From the NCBI GenBank assembly GCA_965237955.1, contig OZ250169.1, forward strand, positions 7,072,001 through 7,136,000: a stretch of 64,000 bases of DNA, given 5' to 3'. Position 1 is the first letter of the stretch. Each line of letters begins with the position of its first letter. This document shows positions 62,909-64,000 of the stretch, in pieces. Both the position numbers and the translations under genes were made by a program. Under the pieces are notes generated by a model. It ran no database searches, was not told the DNA's origin, and saw nothing but the letters and a program-made list of their open reading frames with translations. This DNA comes from Candidatus Marinacidobacterales bacterium. Lineage in GTDB: Bacteria > Acidobacteriota > Vicinamibacteria > Marinacidobacterales > SMYC01.

Positions 62909-64000
62909 CTAGGTAGCGGCCGGCGTTGGGGCCGCGCGGCTTTCGAGCGACCACTCCCGTACGTCCAGCTCACCGAGCCAAATGCTCGGACCTTTGCGAC
63001 GGCGGTCCAAAACGGCCCGCATTAATTTCGGTGGAGTCCACTCGAGCGCATGCGGTGCGCGTCCCTTCACGCCGATGTGTTTCTTGTGGATCAGATCATG
63101 GTGAAAATTGCAGACGACGGTGAGGTTCCAAGGCGCAGACGCCATGGCTACGGTACTGAACGTGATGAACGTGTAATTGCGCACGGGCGCCACAAAAGGG
63201 ATAGGTACATTTCCACCCATCCCTTTCCAGGACGAGCTGGCGCATTTGTTTGTAGTCTGGGTTTTTCGCGAGCTCCGCCTCGGCTGCACGCTCGCTTTCG
63301 AACAGGCTCGGTTGCACGATTTGGCCAATTGGGCCAGTATCGATTGCTTCGACCCAGGGAAAACGGGACCCGCTTCGGTTTCGTTGTCGCGCGGCGAGTT
63401 GGTTGCGGGCGCGTCGGCTTCGTCGGCAGGCATCGCGGCTTCGCTCTCAGGCTCGTCGGGCTCCTCGGAGGTTTCTGTGTCGGTAGGAACATGGCCCCAT
63501 TCCGCAATAACCTCCGCGACGCCTGTCCTCGGTCAACGGGAGGTGAAGCACCGACGCGAGCGTGTCGGTGCCGTCCCTTGATGTTGACGCGGTGCTCGAG
63601 TTGCCGCACCGTCAGGGACAACGCGGATTCGAGCCACATCACCTCGTTCTCAGGAGCGGCGACGGAGGCCAGTCGACTCGCCTTACACCAGCCGAGCTTC
63701 CCGCTCGCCAGCGCGGCTCGGATTTTCGGAAGATGTTCGATCTTGCGCCCGAGTGAGACCAGATAGCCGGTCTTACGCGCCCCGAATCCGAAGCGTGCCT
63801 GCGCGTAGTCGGTGATGCTCGTGTAGCCAAAGTCTCGGTAGGCCCGCCTCTTGCCCACCGCGGACAGATAGCAGCACACGAGCGTCTCGGCCTTCTCGCT
63901 CTCGACAGCGGCTGTCTCGAGCTGTTGGTCGAGCTCCAGGTTCGAGTGAGCGTCTCACGAGCGAAGTCCCAGATCCAGATGTCGTCTTCTTGATCACGAA
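62909..64000 (-). pseudogene. DUF222-like/HNH endonuclease gene of a second subtype, multiply frameshifted; may start beyond the window
   Basis: AYRDFGYTSITDYAQARFG...LPKIRAALASGKLGW, then VLERDGWKCTYPFC...HVHHVQYRSHG, then NLTVVCNFHHDLIH in successive frames. Confidence 0.75.

Overview
GC-rich (roughly 60-65%) bacterial chromosomal segment. Gene style suggests Acidobacteriota/Vicinamibacteria, but that is inference. Housekeeping and metabolic genes include lhr, an amidase, tag, leuACD, ilvE, peptidoglycan-recycling genes (NamZ-like, NagZ-serine hydrolase fusion, murQ fragment, sugar kinase), frc, a MacAB-type ABC exporter, a CoA-transferase and HMG-CoA lyase. These are interleaved with many mobile and repeat elements: an ISAzo13 element, two IS1182-family copies carrying an AbrB-like passenger gene, an IS3-family element nested in one of them, three DUF222-like/HNH genes, MITE-like elements and REP-like repeats. 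Many genes carry frameshifts, stops or abrupt truncations, which could reflect real decay or long-read/assembly error. Best candidates for novel biology: (1) a coupled operon at 11.8-17.5 kb encoding a degenerate SIR2-like+TIR protein, a membrane-spanning nSTAND1-type NTPase with an extracytoplasmic coiled coil and FGE/C-lectin domain, and a secreted tandem-PKD protein, resembling a transmembrane NLR-like immune system; (2) HNH genes carrying a conserved DNA palindrome that both IS1182 copies target in the same register; (3) a 53-bp hairpin mini-element with an 8-bp target duplication that interrupts lhr. No rRNA, tRNA or CRISPR array was recognised.
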